A program made the position numbers and the translations under genes. Below are positions 55,370-64,000 of a DNA stretch of 64,000 bases, in pieces. The DNA comes from an uncultured delta proteobacterium. GTDB lineage: Bacteria > Myxococcota_A > Polyangia > Polyangiales > Polyangiaceae. Each line of letters opens with the position of its first letter. Position 1 is the first letter of the stretch. The DNA lies in the NCBI GenBank assembly GCA_963841435.1, contig CAWJCS010000002.1, positions 1,024,001 through 1,088,000 on the forward strand, read 5' to 3'. The notes below the pieces were generated by a model that worked only from the letters and a program-made list of their open reading frames with translations, was not told the DNA's origin and made no database searches.

Positions 55370-55559
55370 CTCCTAATCGCTCGGATGGAGTCGCACCGGG
55401 CGAGAAGAAGGCGAAGTCAGCGCCATACCCAGCGAAGCTGGTTATGAGATGTGCCCTAGTCGCCTAACCCACCAGAGTATGATGGCAGACTCGCGCGCTT
55501 ACGCCCGGAGCAGAAAGCCGGTTGCTCGTGAAGGGCGCCCGAGCAGTCGAATCGGCTGC

Positions 55560-57404
55560 TCAGGAGGTGCGATCGTCTGAGCTTTCTGTCTTGGCGTCGC
55601 GTGGGGTGGCGGAGCTCGCCAGTGCTGGGGTCGGATCCCACTCGGGTGACAAAAGTGCCACATCACGCGCCATGGCGAGCGCGCTCTCGATGTTATCGGC
55701 CTGCATCACGAGTCGGAATTGGCCTTCGAGCTTGGCTCGCGCGAACACACTGCGTGGCTCGGGCAGCGGGCCGGCGAGGATGACGAAAATGCGCCGCGCT
55801 TCCAGGCGCTCGAGGGCGCTTTCGAGCGCCAGGAATCCGGAAGTGTCGATGACCGGCACTCGCCCGAGGTCGAACACGACGACGCGCACGTCATTGCCGA
55901 GCTCGTCGAGCGCCGCCATGCCTCGCGAAGCCGCGCCGAAAAACAGCGGCCCGGCGATCTCGTAGAGCGCGACGTGGGGCGGCAGCGTGCGCTCGCGCGT
56001 GCTCGACGCGCTCGACGTGAGCACCCGCGCCTGCGTGAGCTCCGCCATTCGCCGCATGAAGAGAAGCGCCGCGAAGACGACGCCCGCCATCACGGCTACC
56101 ACCATGTCGAACACGACGGTCAAGGTGAAACAGCTGGCCAGCACGGCGACGTCGCTCTTCGGAGCGACGCGCAAGATGCGCCTGACGAGGCGGAGCTCGG
56201 CCATGTTCCAGGCGACGACCATCAGGAGCGCGGCCAGTGCCGCCATGGGGATCCGCGAAACGAGCGGGGCTCCCACGAGCACGACCACGAGCACGACGAT
56301 CGCGTGAAACACCGCGGAGAGCGGCGAGCGGGCTCCCGAGCGGATGTTCGCCGCCGTGCGGGCCAGGGCGCCAGTCGCGGCGATGCCGCCGAAACACGGT
56401 GCCACGCAGTTGCCGATGCCGAGCGCCACGAGCTCGGTGTTCGGATCGTGTCGAGTCCCCGTGAGTCCGTCGGCAATCACCGCGGAAAGGAGGGATTCGA
56501 TCGCCCCGAGCAGGGCGATCGTCATGGCGGCCGGCAGCATCTCGCGGAGAAGCGCCAAGCTGAGCGGCGTGTCGCCCCAAGGGGTCCTCGGCAGCGGCGG
56601 CAGCCGGGGGATACCGCGCACCATTTCGTCGCCGACGCGCGTCACGAAACGATCGCCCACCGTCGTGACGTGGAACGAGGGAGCGAGTTGCTCGAGCCAG
56701 GCGCTCAGCAGCGACGCCAACACGATGGCGACGAGCGCGGCGGGCACGCGGCGCGTGAGCTTCGGCAAAAAGACGAGCACTGCCAGCGTTGCCGCGGCGA
56801 CGCAAAGCTCCACGGGGTTCGTGGTCGCGCGGGCCCGCCAGAACGCCGCGAGCTTTTCGGGAAAGGCGTCCGGCAGCTGCGCGACTCGCAGCCCGAGTGC
56901 GTCACGCAGTTGCAGCGCGCCGATGACGGTTGCGATGCCCACCGTGAACCCGACGGTGACCGTGTAAGGGATGAACTCGATGAGTCGCCCGAGCCGCGCG
57001 AGACCCATGCCGATCAGCAGGAGCCCGGCGAGGAAACCCGCGACCAGGAGGCCGTTCAGGCCGTGGTGGTGGGCGATCGGGGCGAGCACGACGACGAACG
57101 CGGCGGTCGGCCCCGTCACCTGGAAGCGCGAGCCGCCGAGCAGCCCCACCACGGCTCCGCCAACGATGGCCGTGTAGATGCCGTGCTGTGGCGGCACTCC
57201 GGTCGCGATGGCGAGCGCCATCGACAGGGGCAGGGCGATGATGGCCACCACCACGCCCGCCATCGCGTCTGCCGCGAGCCCCGAGCGGCCGTAGCCCTCG
57301 GCGAGCACGGCGCGAAGCGCATGTCCGAGGCGGACGCGCGGCTCGATCCAAGCCAAGCCGTGGCCGCCGCGCTGCTCATCGGGACTTGGTATCGGTTGGG
57401 TCAC
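55560..57404 (-). CDS. SulP/SLC26 anion transporter with STAS domain (DauA/YchM-like)
   Basis: IIALPLSMALAIA.GVPPQHG.YTAI, QVTGPTAAF, LGAIESLLSAV, ATGA.ARTA.N and GPLFFGAA. Confidence 0.93.
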   Translation of the reverse strand: MTQPIPSPDEQRGGHGLAWIEPRVRLGHALRAVLAEGYGRSGLAADAMAGVVVAIIALPLSMALAIATGVPPQHGIYTAIVGGAVVGLLGGSRFQVTGPTAAFVVVLAPIAHHHGLNGLLVAGFLAGLLLIGMGLARLGRLIEFIPYTVTVGFTVGIATVIGALQLRDALGLRVAQLPDAFPEKLAAFWRARATTNPVELCVAAATLAVLVFLPKLTRRVPAALVAIVLASLLSAWLEQLAPSFHVTTVGDRFVTRVGDEMVRGIPRLPPLPRTPWGDTPLSLALLREMLPAAMTIALLGAIESLLSAVIADGLTGTRHDPNTELVALGIGNCVAPCFGGIAATGALARTAANIRSGARSPLSAVFHAIVVLVVVLVGAPLVSRIPMAALAALLMVVAWNMAELRLVRRILRVAPKSDVAVLASCFTLTVVFDMVVAVMAGVVFAALLFMRRMAELTQARVLTSSASSTRERTLPPHVALYEIAGPLFFGAASRGMAALDELGNDVRVVVFDLGRVPVIDTSGFLALESALERLEARRIFVILAGPLPEPRSVFARAKLEGQFRLVMQADNIESALAMARDVALLSPEWDPTPALASSATPRDAKTESSDDRTS

Positions 57405-57561
57405 GCTCGACCGGCGGGTAGACCTGACCGCCGCCCACCTTGTAGCATCCCCCGTCGTCCGATGTCCGGGCGCACCTGCCCTTCACGAGGGAGGGTGGGA
57501 GGATGCTACGATGACGGAAGCGATCGCGCGTTCCGTGCCTGCCGACCTCGCCTGAGCCCCG

Positions 57562-59388
57562 ATGACAGAGCCCCGCCCCTTGCTCGGAGGTCGCTACAGC
57601 CTGGAGCGTCCCGTGACTTCGACGCCCGATGGCCAAAGCTGGATGGCCATCGAGGCCGTCTCGGGGCGCCTGGTGGTCGTGGCGGTCGCGGAGCCGGGGC
57701 GCCTGAGCACGCTCGTGCCCGCGCGCGACGTTCGGCACCGGCACCTCGCGACGGTCATCGACATCGTCAAGGAGGTCGGCCCCGAGTCGTTCCCGCCGGA
57801 GGTCAAGCTCCCGGTCGGAGCGGGCGCCGCCGTCGCCGAGCACGTTCCCGGTCGTACCCTGCGCGCGGTGCTCGAGGCGGGCCCGCTGCACCCGGCCAAG
57901 GCCGTCGCCTGGGTGCTTCGCCTCGCCGACGCCGTGCAGGCGTTGCACGCGGCTGGCGCCGTCCACGGCGGCATCTCGCCCCGAAGCATCATCGCCGAGC
58001 CCGAGGGGCGCGCGATCGCGCCGGTCCTGTCGCAGCTCATCGCTCCCCCCATCGGCGCCTTTTGTCCGCCCGAGCGTTTGCGGGGCGGCGCGGAGGGCGG
58101 TTCTGACGATGTCTGGGCGCTGACCTCGACCTTGTATGCCGCGCTCACGGGCAAGCCGCCCTATTTCGCAACCACGCGCGATGGTCTGCTCAGGGCGATG
58201 ACCTCGCGCCCGGAGCCGCTCCTGGCGTCGGGTGTCGATGAACCGGTGCTGCAGGAGATCATCGCGCGCGGGCTCGTTCCGGAACGGCGGCCCCGGGCGT
58301 CCGATCTCGCCGAGCTGCAAGCGCTGCTCGACGCGTGGGAGCGTGATCCGACGAAGCTTCCGCCGCCGCGCTCACCGCCGCGTCCGGCTCCACGGGGTCT
58401 CGGGGAGATCGTCTCCGGCGCGGCCTTCGGGATGACCCGCGACGACGGCATCGTCGCTGACGATAGTGATCTCGACGACGATCAGGGCGGTACCCTGCCG
58501 CCGCCCCCCGTCGAGTCGGCCCGCTACGCCGCGTTCAGCGAGCCTCCAGCCGCCCGCGCTGTGCTGCCGTTCGGCGCCGCACCCGTCGCGCCGGTGGCGT
58601 TCGACGCGCCGGCGCCCCGCGCGCCCGCTCCACGCCGTGTCTCGTTCAATCCGTTCGAACGGAAGCGGACCGTGTGGCCGTGGCTCCTCGTCGCCGCGGG
58701 TACCGGCGGAGCGGGCGTCTACCTCACGCTTTCGCCCGACTCCAAGCCACCCGCATTGGCTTCAGCGTCCGCCGTCGACACGCCCCCGCCCGCGGCGCCG
58801 GCTCCGAAGCCGCCGCCGCAGAAGAACCCGGCACTCGTGCGCAACCAATGCGTGGCCGAGCACTTCCCGCCCGACTCCTTCGACGGGCTGCCGGATTTCG
58901 CGTTCGTCTGCGAGGACGGCGACTTTCCCGCCATCGCGCGCCGGCTGAGCGACATGGTCGTTCTGCGCGACCCTGCGACCCTGCCCGACGCAGGCGGCGC
59001 GACCGACGGCGGCATGTCGCTCGATGTCGTGCGGCTGAGCGGCATGCGCGTCGCCGATGGTGGCGTGGGCTCGGGGCTCGGCTGGTACGAGCTGCCGGCG
59101 ACGGCCATCATCCGGAAGGCATGCTGCTCGGATGCGTCGCCCGTGGTCGCGCCCGAGACGCCGGGCTGGTGTGAGCAGCTCCAGTCGGTCTTGCGCCGCA
59201 TGGCGGACGACAGCGCCAAGTCGATGGATCTCGCTCCGGCCGGGCGCGCCTACTACCGCGCCGTCAATTGCCTGGTCGCCAATCACGTGCGCCACCCCTA
59301 CACGTACTCGGGGGCGCCCGACGCGGCGAGCCGCGCCGCCTTCCAGCAGTTCCTCGGCCGGGCCGCCATCATCAGCGCGCGGCGCTGA
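57562..59388 (+). CDS. Membrane-anchored pseudokinase with Cys-rich extracytoplasmic domain
   Basis: Kinase C-lobe (LH..G.VHGGISP.SI, PPERL, DDVWAL...LY..LTG.PP) without the VAIK Lys, catalytic Asp or DFG. TM helix and Cys-rich tail. Confidence 0.75.
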   Translation: MTEPRPLLGGRYSLERPVTSTPDGQSWMAIEAVSGRLVVVAVAEPGRLSTLVPARDVRHRHLATVIDIVKEVGPESFPPEVKLPVGAGAAVAEHVPGRTLRAVLEAGPLHPAKAVAWVLRLADAVQALHAAGAVHGGISPRSIIAEPEGRAIAPVLSQLIAPPIGAFCPPERLRGGAEGGSDDVWALTSTLYAALTGKPPYFATTRDGLLRAMTSRPEPLLASGVDEPVLQEIIARGLVPERRPRASDLAELQALLDAWERDPTKLPPPRSPPRPAPRGLGEIVSGAAFGMTRDDGIVADDSDLDDDQGGTLPPPPVESARYAAFSEPPAARAVLPFGAAPVAPVAFDAPAPRAPAPRRVSFNPFERKRTVWPWLLVAAGTGGAGVYLTLSPDSKPPALASASAVDTPPPAAPAPKPPPQKNPALVRNQCVAEHFPPDSFDGLPDFAFVCEDGDFPAIARRLSDMVVLRDPATLPDAGGATDGGMSLDVVRLSGMRVADGGVGSGLGWYELPATAIIRKACCSDASPVVAPETPGWCEQLQSVLRRMADDSAKSMDLAPAGRAYYRAVNCLVANHVRHPYTYSGAPDAASRAAFQQFLGRAAIISARR

Positions 59389-59493
59389 GGCGAGCGCGAA
59401 AAAAACGCGCGCGTCCGTTTCCCGCGGTGGGGACGGCGCTTTCCCGTCGCGCTTGGAACGGGCGATCCGGGTGGGTACGCTCGGGGCGGGCGC

Positions 59494-60453
59494 ATGGCTC
59501 GTATCGTGGTTCTGGATGGGCACACGTTGAGCCCCGGCGACTTGCCGTGGGACGAGCTCGCGGCGCTCGGCGAGCTCGTCGTGTTCGAGCGCACCCCCGA
59601 CGAGCTCGTGGCCGAGCGTGCCGCGGACGCCGACGTGCTCGTGACGAACAAGACGGCGCTCGACGGTGCGACGCTCCGCGCGCTGCCTCGCCTCCGCGGG
59701 ATCGCGGTTCTCGCAACGGGCGTCAACGTCGTGGACGTGGCGGCGGCTCGCTCGCTCGGCATCCCCGTGTCGAACGTGCCGAGCTACTCCACGGCGTCGG
59801 TTGCCCAGCACACCATCGCGCTCCTGCTCGAGCTCTGCCAACACGTCGGGCTGCACGCGGAGAGCGTGCGCGCGGGCGACTGGCAGAGAAGCGAGGATTT
59901 TTCGTACTTTCGTGAGCCGCTCGTCGAGCTCGATGGAAAGGTCCTCGGTATCGTCGGGCTCGGCGCCATCGGATCGCGGGTCGCGACGCTCGGCGACGCG
60001 CTCGGCATGCGCGTGCTTTCGACGCCGTCGCGCCGTCGTTCCGCAGCGCACGCTCGGGTACGCACGGCGCCGCTCGACGAGATCTTCGCCGAAAGCGACG
60101 TCCTTACGCTGCATTGTCCCCTGACACCCGACACGGTCGGCCTCGTGTCGGAACAGCGGCTTCGCGCGATGAAGCCGTCCGCCCTGCTCGTCAACACGGC
60201 GCGCGGCAAGCTCGTCGACGAGGCCGCGCTGGCTCGCGCGCTCCGCGAAGGTAGGCTCGCCGGTGCCGCGCTCGACGTGCTCTCGACCGAGCCGCCCCCC
60301 ATCGACCATCCGCTGATCGGCGCGCCGCGCTGCCTCGTCACGCCGCACCAGGCCTGGACGACGCTCGCCGCACGCGAGCGCCTGCTCCGCGCGACGGTCG
60401 AGAACGTGCGTGCTTTGCTCGCCGGGCGCCCCGTGAACGTCGTCGATGGCTGA
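59494..60453 (+). CDS. D-2-hydroxyacid dehydrogenase (glycerate dehydrogenase/HprA-like)
   Basis: LATG.N.VD, GIVGLGAIG, LHCPLT, VNTARG, LDVLS.EPP and TPH.AW. Confidence 0.92.
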   Translation: MARIVVLDGHTLSPGDLPWDELAALGELVVFERTPDELVAERAADADVLVTNKTALDGATLRALPRLRGIAVLATGVNVVDVAAARSLGIPVSNVPSYSTASVAQHTIALLLELCQHVGLHAESVRAGDWQRSEDFSYFREPLVELDGKVLGIVGLGAIGSRVATLGDALGMRVLSTPSRRRSAAHARVRTAPLDEIFAESDVLTLHCPLTPDTVGLVSEQRLRAMKPSALLVNTARGKLVDEAALARALREGRLAGAALDVLSTEPPPIDHPLIGAPRCLVTPHQAWTTLAARERLLRATVENVRALLAGRPVNVVDG

Positions 60454-61963
60454 CGAGGTCGAGGCGCTCAGGCCCCCGCCGCCCGGGCGGGACTACGTGC
60501 TCACGCGCGCCATCATTTTGCGCAGCATCGGCGGTATTTACGTCATCGCCTTCATGATTCTGGTTCGCCAGGTCCTCTTGTTGGTCGGGTCGCACGGGCT
60601 CTTGCCCGTTTCCCCCTTCCTCGAGCGAGTCGAGGAGCACTATGGGTCGCTGCCGGGCGCCGTCTGGCACCTCCCCTCGCTCTTCTGGCTCGGCTCCTCC
60701 GACGGGGCGCTCTTGATTGGCGCCTGGGTCGGCTTGCTGCTCGGGCTCGTCGTCTTGTCCGGTTTCGCCAATGCGCCGATCTTCGTGGCGCTCTGGGCCC
60801 TTTACCTGTCGTTTTGCCACGTGGGGCAGGTCTTTTACGGCTACGGCTGGGACGCCCTGCTCTGCGAGGTCGGTTTTTTGGCCATCTTTCTCGCTCCGCC
60901 GTGGCGACCCGCACTGCCAGGGCGCGACGAGCCGCCGTTTCTCGTCATCGTTCTGCTGCGCTGGCTCACGTTTCGCATCATGTTCGGCGCGGGGCTCATC
61001 AAGCTCAGGGGCGATCCCTGCTGGACAGCCCTTCGCTGCCTCGATTTCCACTACGAGACGCAGCCGAACCCCGGGCCGCTGAGCCCCCTTTTTCACTTCA
61101 TGCCGCGTTGGACGCACACGGCGGGCGTGCTCGCGAACCACCTGGCCGAGCTCGTCGCCCCGCTCGGCGTCTTCGGGCCGCGTCGGGTGCGGCTCGTCGC
61201 GGGCACCATCATCGTGCTCTTCCAGGGGCTCATCATCCTGAGCGGCAACCTATCGTTCCTCAATTGGCTCACGATCGTGGCGGCGCTCGCTTGCTTCGAC
61301 GACGCCGCTTTCCGGTACGTCCTTCGCTTCCTGCGGCTCGGCCCCTTGCCGACGCCTGACCCGCCGAGCCTCGCGCGGCGCCGCACCGTCCTGGTGTTCA
61401 CGGTCGTCATCGGCCTGCTCAGCATTCCACCTCTGGTGAACATGCTGTCCTCCCGGCAGCTGATGAACGCCTCCTTCGAGCCCTTCGGCCTCGTGAACAC
61501 GTACGGCGCTTTCGGCAGCGTTTCGCGCGAGCGCAACGAGGTCGTGCTCGAGGGTACGGCCGACGACCCTGGCGATCCGGCTGCGGTCTACCGGGAGTAC
61601 GAGTTTCCCTGCAAGCCGACCGATCTGCACCGGCCGCCCTGCCTCGCGACGCCGTACCACTACCGACTCGACTGGCAGATGTGGTTCGCAGGGCTCTCGA
61701 ACTTTCGTCGGGAGCCCTGGATCGTTCACCTCGCTTACCTCCTCCTCCAGGGCGAACGCGCGACGAAGTCGGCGTTCGTGCGCGACCCCTTCCCCGATCG
61801 ACCCCCGCGCGCCGTTCGCGCCCGGCTGTACCACTACCGGTTCGCGCCGCCGGGCAGCGACGCCGTCTGGCGCCGAGAGCTCATCGGAGAGTACCTGCCC
61901 CCCCTGTCGCTCGATAACCCCGAGTTCCTGCGGTTCGTCAACGCGTACGGCTGGCTACGCTGA
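60446..61963 (+). CDS. Lipase maturation factor (LMF) family membrane protein
   Basis: GQ.FYGYGW..LL.E.GF, MFGAGLIK.RGD.CW, HYETQP.P, SGNLSFLNWLT and PYHYRLDWQMWF. Confidence 0.92.
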   Translation: MADEVEALRPPPPGRDYVLTRAIILRSIGGIYVIAFMILVRQVLLLVGSHGLLPVSPFLERVEEHYGSLPGAVWHLPSLFWLGSSDGALLIGAWVGLLLGLVVLSGFANAPIFVALWALYLSFCHVGQVFYGYGWDALLCEVGFLAIFLAPPWRPALPGRDEPPFLVIVLLRWLTFRIMFGAGLIKLRGDPCWTALRCLDFHYETQPNPGPLSPLFHFMPRWTHTAGVLANHLAELVAPLGVFGPRRVRLVAGTIIVLFQGLIILSGNLSFLNWLTIVAALACFDDAAFRYVLRFLRLGPLPTPDPPSLARRRTVLVFTVVIGLLSIPPLVNMLSSRQLMNASFEPFGLVNTYGAFGSVSRERNEVVLEGTADDPGDPAAVYREYEFPCKPTDLHRPPCLATPYHYRLDWQMWFAGLSNFRREPWIVHLAYLLLQGERATKSAFVRDPFPDRPPRAVRARLYHYRFAPPGSDAVWRRELIGEYLPPLSLDNPEFLRFVNAYGWLR

Positions 61964-62051
61964 CCCGCCGAAAACCTTCCCCCGCATGGCTCGATTTGCT
62001 CGGATCTCGACGCGGCGGCTCCCGGAGGGCCGCCGCGCTGAAGGACGCCGC

Positions 62052-62177
62052 TCAGGTCGGCGCGCCCTGGGGGCGCCGCCTGCGGAGCTCGCTGGCGAGC
62101 AGCACCGGGGCGAGCAACACGCCGCCCGGCACGACCACCACCGCGGTCCAGAGGAGCAATCGGAACAATCGGAACAT
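62052..62177 (-). CDS. 41-aa membrane microprotein (MFRLFRLLLWTAVVVVPGGVLLAPVLLASELRRRRPQGAPT), not in the ORF track
   Basis: GGAG just upstream of the ATG. Hydrophobic segment broken by PGG, then an Arg cluster. Sigma54 promoter directly upstream. Confidence 0.7.
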   Translation of the reverse strand: MFRLFRLLLWTAVVVVPGGVLLAPVLLASELRRRRPQGAPT

Positions 62178-62194
62178 TTCTCCAGTTCTACGTA

Positions 62195-62210
62195 TGCAGT
62201 GGGCATGCCA
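62195..62210 (-). promoter_or_regulatory. Sigma54 -24/-12 promoter
   Basis: Minus strand TGGCATGCCCACTGCA, with exact GG-N10-GC spacing. Confidence 0.7.
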
Positions 62211-62382
62211 GTTTCACACCACGATTCCGCGCTGTGCTTTGTCGCGCGATCCTCGGACCCTCGTCTGGATGGGACGGACACCTGCCCTGATCGGCGTGTC
62301 ACGCTGTGCACTCCGAGTGCCGAGTGACACATCTCCGACCCGGCACCCCCCTTGGGTCGCGGGCACGCGGTAGGCTACCGGC

Positions 62383-62787
62383 ATGCCCAAGCTCGACGCA
62401 CCGCGCGCCCTCGCGTTGCTCCGCATCGCGGTCGGCCTGCTCGTCTTCTGGCACGGTGTCACCAAGGTCCTCAAAGGGCCGGTCGCTGCGATTGGTCGGC
62501 AGGTCGCAGCGCACGGTTTCCCGGAGAGCTTCGCGTACGTCGTCACGGCGGGTGAGCTCGCCGGGCTCTTCCTGGCGGTGGGGCTGTACAGCCGGCTAGC
62601 CGCGGCCTTCGTGGCCGTGACCATGCTCGGCATCGCGGGCTTCGTGCAGGTCGGGCTGCTCGCCAGCGTCGGCACCGGCAAGGGGGTACCGCTCGAGTAC
62701 CCCCTGCTCCTTGCGGTTTGTTGCCTCGTGCTGGCGATCGGTCCCGGCACTCGCTGGACGCTCGACGCCTTGCGCCGCCGCCGGTGA
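62383..62787 (+). CDS. DoxX family membrane protein
   Basis: LLRIAVG...WHG..K, E..GL.L..GL.SR.AA, G.EY.L and GPG..W.LD. Confidence 0.85.
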   Translation: MPKLDAPRALALLRIAVGLLVFWHGVTKVLKGPVAAIGRQVAAHGFPESFAYVVTAGELAGLFLAVGLYSRLAAAFVAVTMLGIAGFVQVGLLASVGTGKGVPLEYPLLLAVCCLVLAIGPGTRWTLDALRRRR

Positions 62788-62847
62788 CACCCCGCCGTCA
62801 TGGTCCCCCGCCGGCGCGCGCCTGCTCGGCCCCTGCGTCCGGTCGGC

Positions 62848-63927
62848 CTATCCCATCCCGGCGACCGCGAGCGCGATGCCGAGGCCCATGGCGAGCGCGA
62901 GGGCCGCGAGGAGCAACGTCACGCCGACCTGGAGCTTGTTGAGCCCCTTCTTCTCGGGAGCCTCGTACACACCGGGCGCGTCGCCGACCGCGCCGACGCG
63001 GCCGACCTTGAAGAGCTTCAGCGCCTTCTTCGCGGCTTCGCCACTGAGAACATCGGGGGCGGGCGCTGCGAGCAGGTCTCGGCGGGCCTCCGACGGCCCC
63101 TGCATCAGCACCCAGAAGATCGACGGCTCCGGCGTGCGGCGCAGCGCCCGCGCGACACTCTGGTGCGGCACGATCACGCTGGTGCGGCAGTAGCCGCAGG
63201 TATGCACCGTGCCGGTCTCGCGGAGATCGAGGGGAGCGCCACACGATGGACAGCTCAGCGTCACCACGCCGGCCGCGGTGGCGCTCGCCCTGGCCTTCGG
63301 CCGGTCGCTGCGGTGCTCCTCCGAAACCGCGGCAACCAGCGGCGGGTAGAGCGCGACGGCGGCGTCCGAGGTCGTGTGCCGGGCCCTGTCGCCGCAGCGC
63401 GGGCAGAGCGTTTCGACGCTGCCGGGCTCAGGGACGCTCAGCCCGAGCGGCTCACTGCAGCGGCCGCACACGGGGTGACCCGGCGCCGCGTCGATCGCGA
63501 GCGCACCGAACGTCGCGTGCCCGAAGGTGCGCGTGGTGCCTACGGCAAGATGTGGATTCTCGGAGCCGATCCAGACGATGGGGTGGGGGTTTCGGCCCTC
63601 GGGCAAGGGACCGGCGAGGTCGGCGACCGCGTGCGCGAAGCCGAGCCCCAGGGTCCAGGCTTCCACGTCGAAGCGCTGGCGGAGACCGCAGTGGGCGCAT
63701 TCCACCGCGCCGTCGGCGTCGAGCGCGTCGAGAGGCGCAAGGAACCGGCACGAGTTGCAGGTGAAGGCGCAGCGTATGGCGACCCAGGCCGTTTCGGGTG
63801 CGAGCGGGGGTGCGGCGACGCGCGTATCGGCGAGCGGCCGCGAGCACACCTCGCAGGTCGTCCCCCGCGATGGCGCGACCACGCCGCAAGGGCGGCAGAT
63901 CGAAACCGACACGCCGGAGGCCTGCAC
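62848..63927 (-). CDS. Multi zinc-ribbon protein (8 CxxC) with C-terminal TM anchor
   Basis: CRPC, CEVC, CNSC, CAHC, CGRC, CPRC, CPSC and CGYC, then a hydrophobic C-terminal helix. Confidence 0.75.
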   Translation of the reverse strand: MQASGVSVSICRPCGVVAPSRGTTCEVCSRPLADTRVAAPPLAPETAWVAIRCAFTCNSCRFLAPLDALDADGAVECAHCGLRQRFDVEAWTLGLGFAHAVADLAGPLPEGRNPHPIVWIGSENPHLAVGTTRTFGHATFGALAIDAAPGHPVCGRCSEPLGLSVPEPGSVETLCPRCGDRARHTTSDAAVALYPPLVAAVSEEHRSDRPKARASATAAGVVTLSCPSCGAPLDLRETGTVHTCGYCRTSVIVPHQSVARALRRTPEPSIFWVLMQGPSEARRDLLAAPAPDVLSGEAAKKALKLFKVGRVGAVGDAPGVYEAPEKKGLNKLQVGVTLLLAALALAMGLGIALAVAGMG

Positions 63928-64000
63928 CGAGCCAGGATAGTCCGAAGGGTGTTAGAATGGAGAATCGACGATGGATTTCCTGAGCGTCGGTCAGCACGCC

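Overview
A very GC-rich (about 70% by eye), gene-dense bacterial chromosome segment. Its content points to Myxococcota, most likely Polyangiales (Polyangium/Sorangium-like): many Pro/Gly/Cys-rich lipoproteins, TPR-PEGA proteins, eukaryote-like Ser/Thr kinases and pseudokinases, and FHA and GYF_2 proteins. This is inferred from gene content, not from a database search. About 60 genes are supported. They include miaE, gluQ, greB, malQ, terC, corA, fluC, amtB, prfC, an RlmD-type methyltransferase, POT and SulP transporters, a diguanylate cyclase, and an ECF sigma factor with a 1402-aa anti-sigma-like partner. I found no rRNA, tRNA, CRISPR array, transposase or phage genes. The most notable signals lie outside the ORF track. 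(1) A candidate sigma54-driven small RNA (about 10487-10590) has a C-rich-loop hairpin and a terminator, a Pxr-like architecture. (2) A 41-aa membrane microprotein with its own sigma54 promoter lies at 62052-62177. (3) A third sigma54 promoter drives a 102-aa orphan gene and shares an IHF-like motif with the sRNA promoter. (4) A 23-aa ORF with a perfect Shine-Dalgarno is translationally coupled to its neighbour. (5) Many genes appear leaderless. Other oddities are a kinase-FHA-degenerate GGDEF fusion, a frameshifted Omp85 gene and a 10x18-bp coding tandem repeat. All family assignments come from motif recognition by eye.
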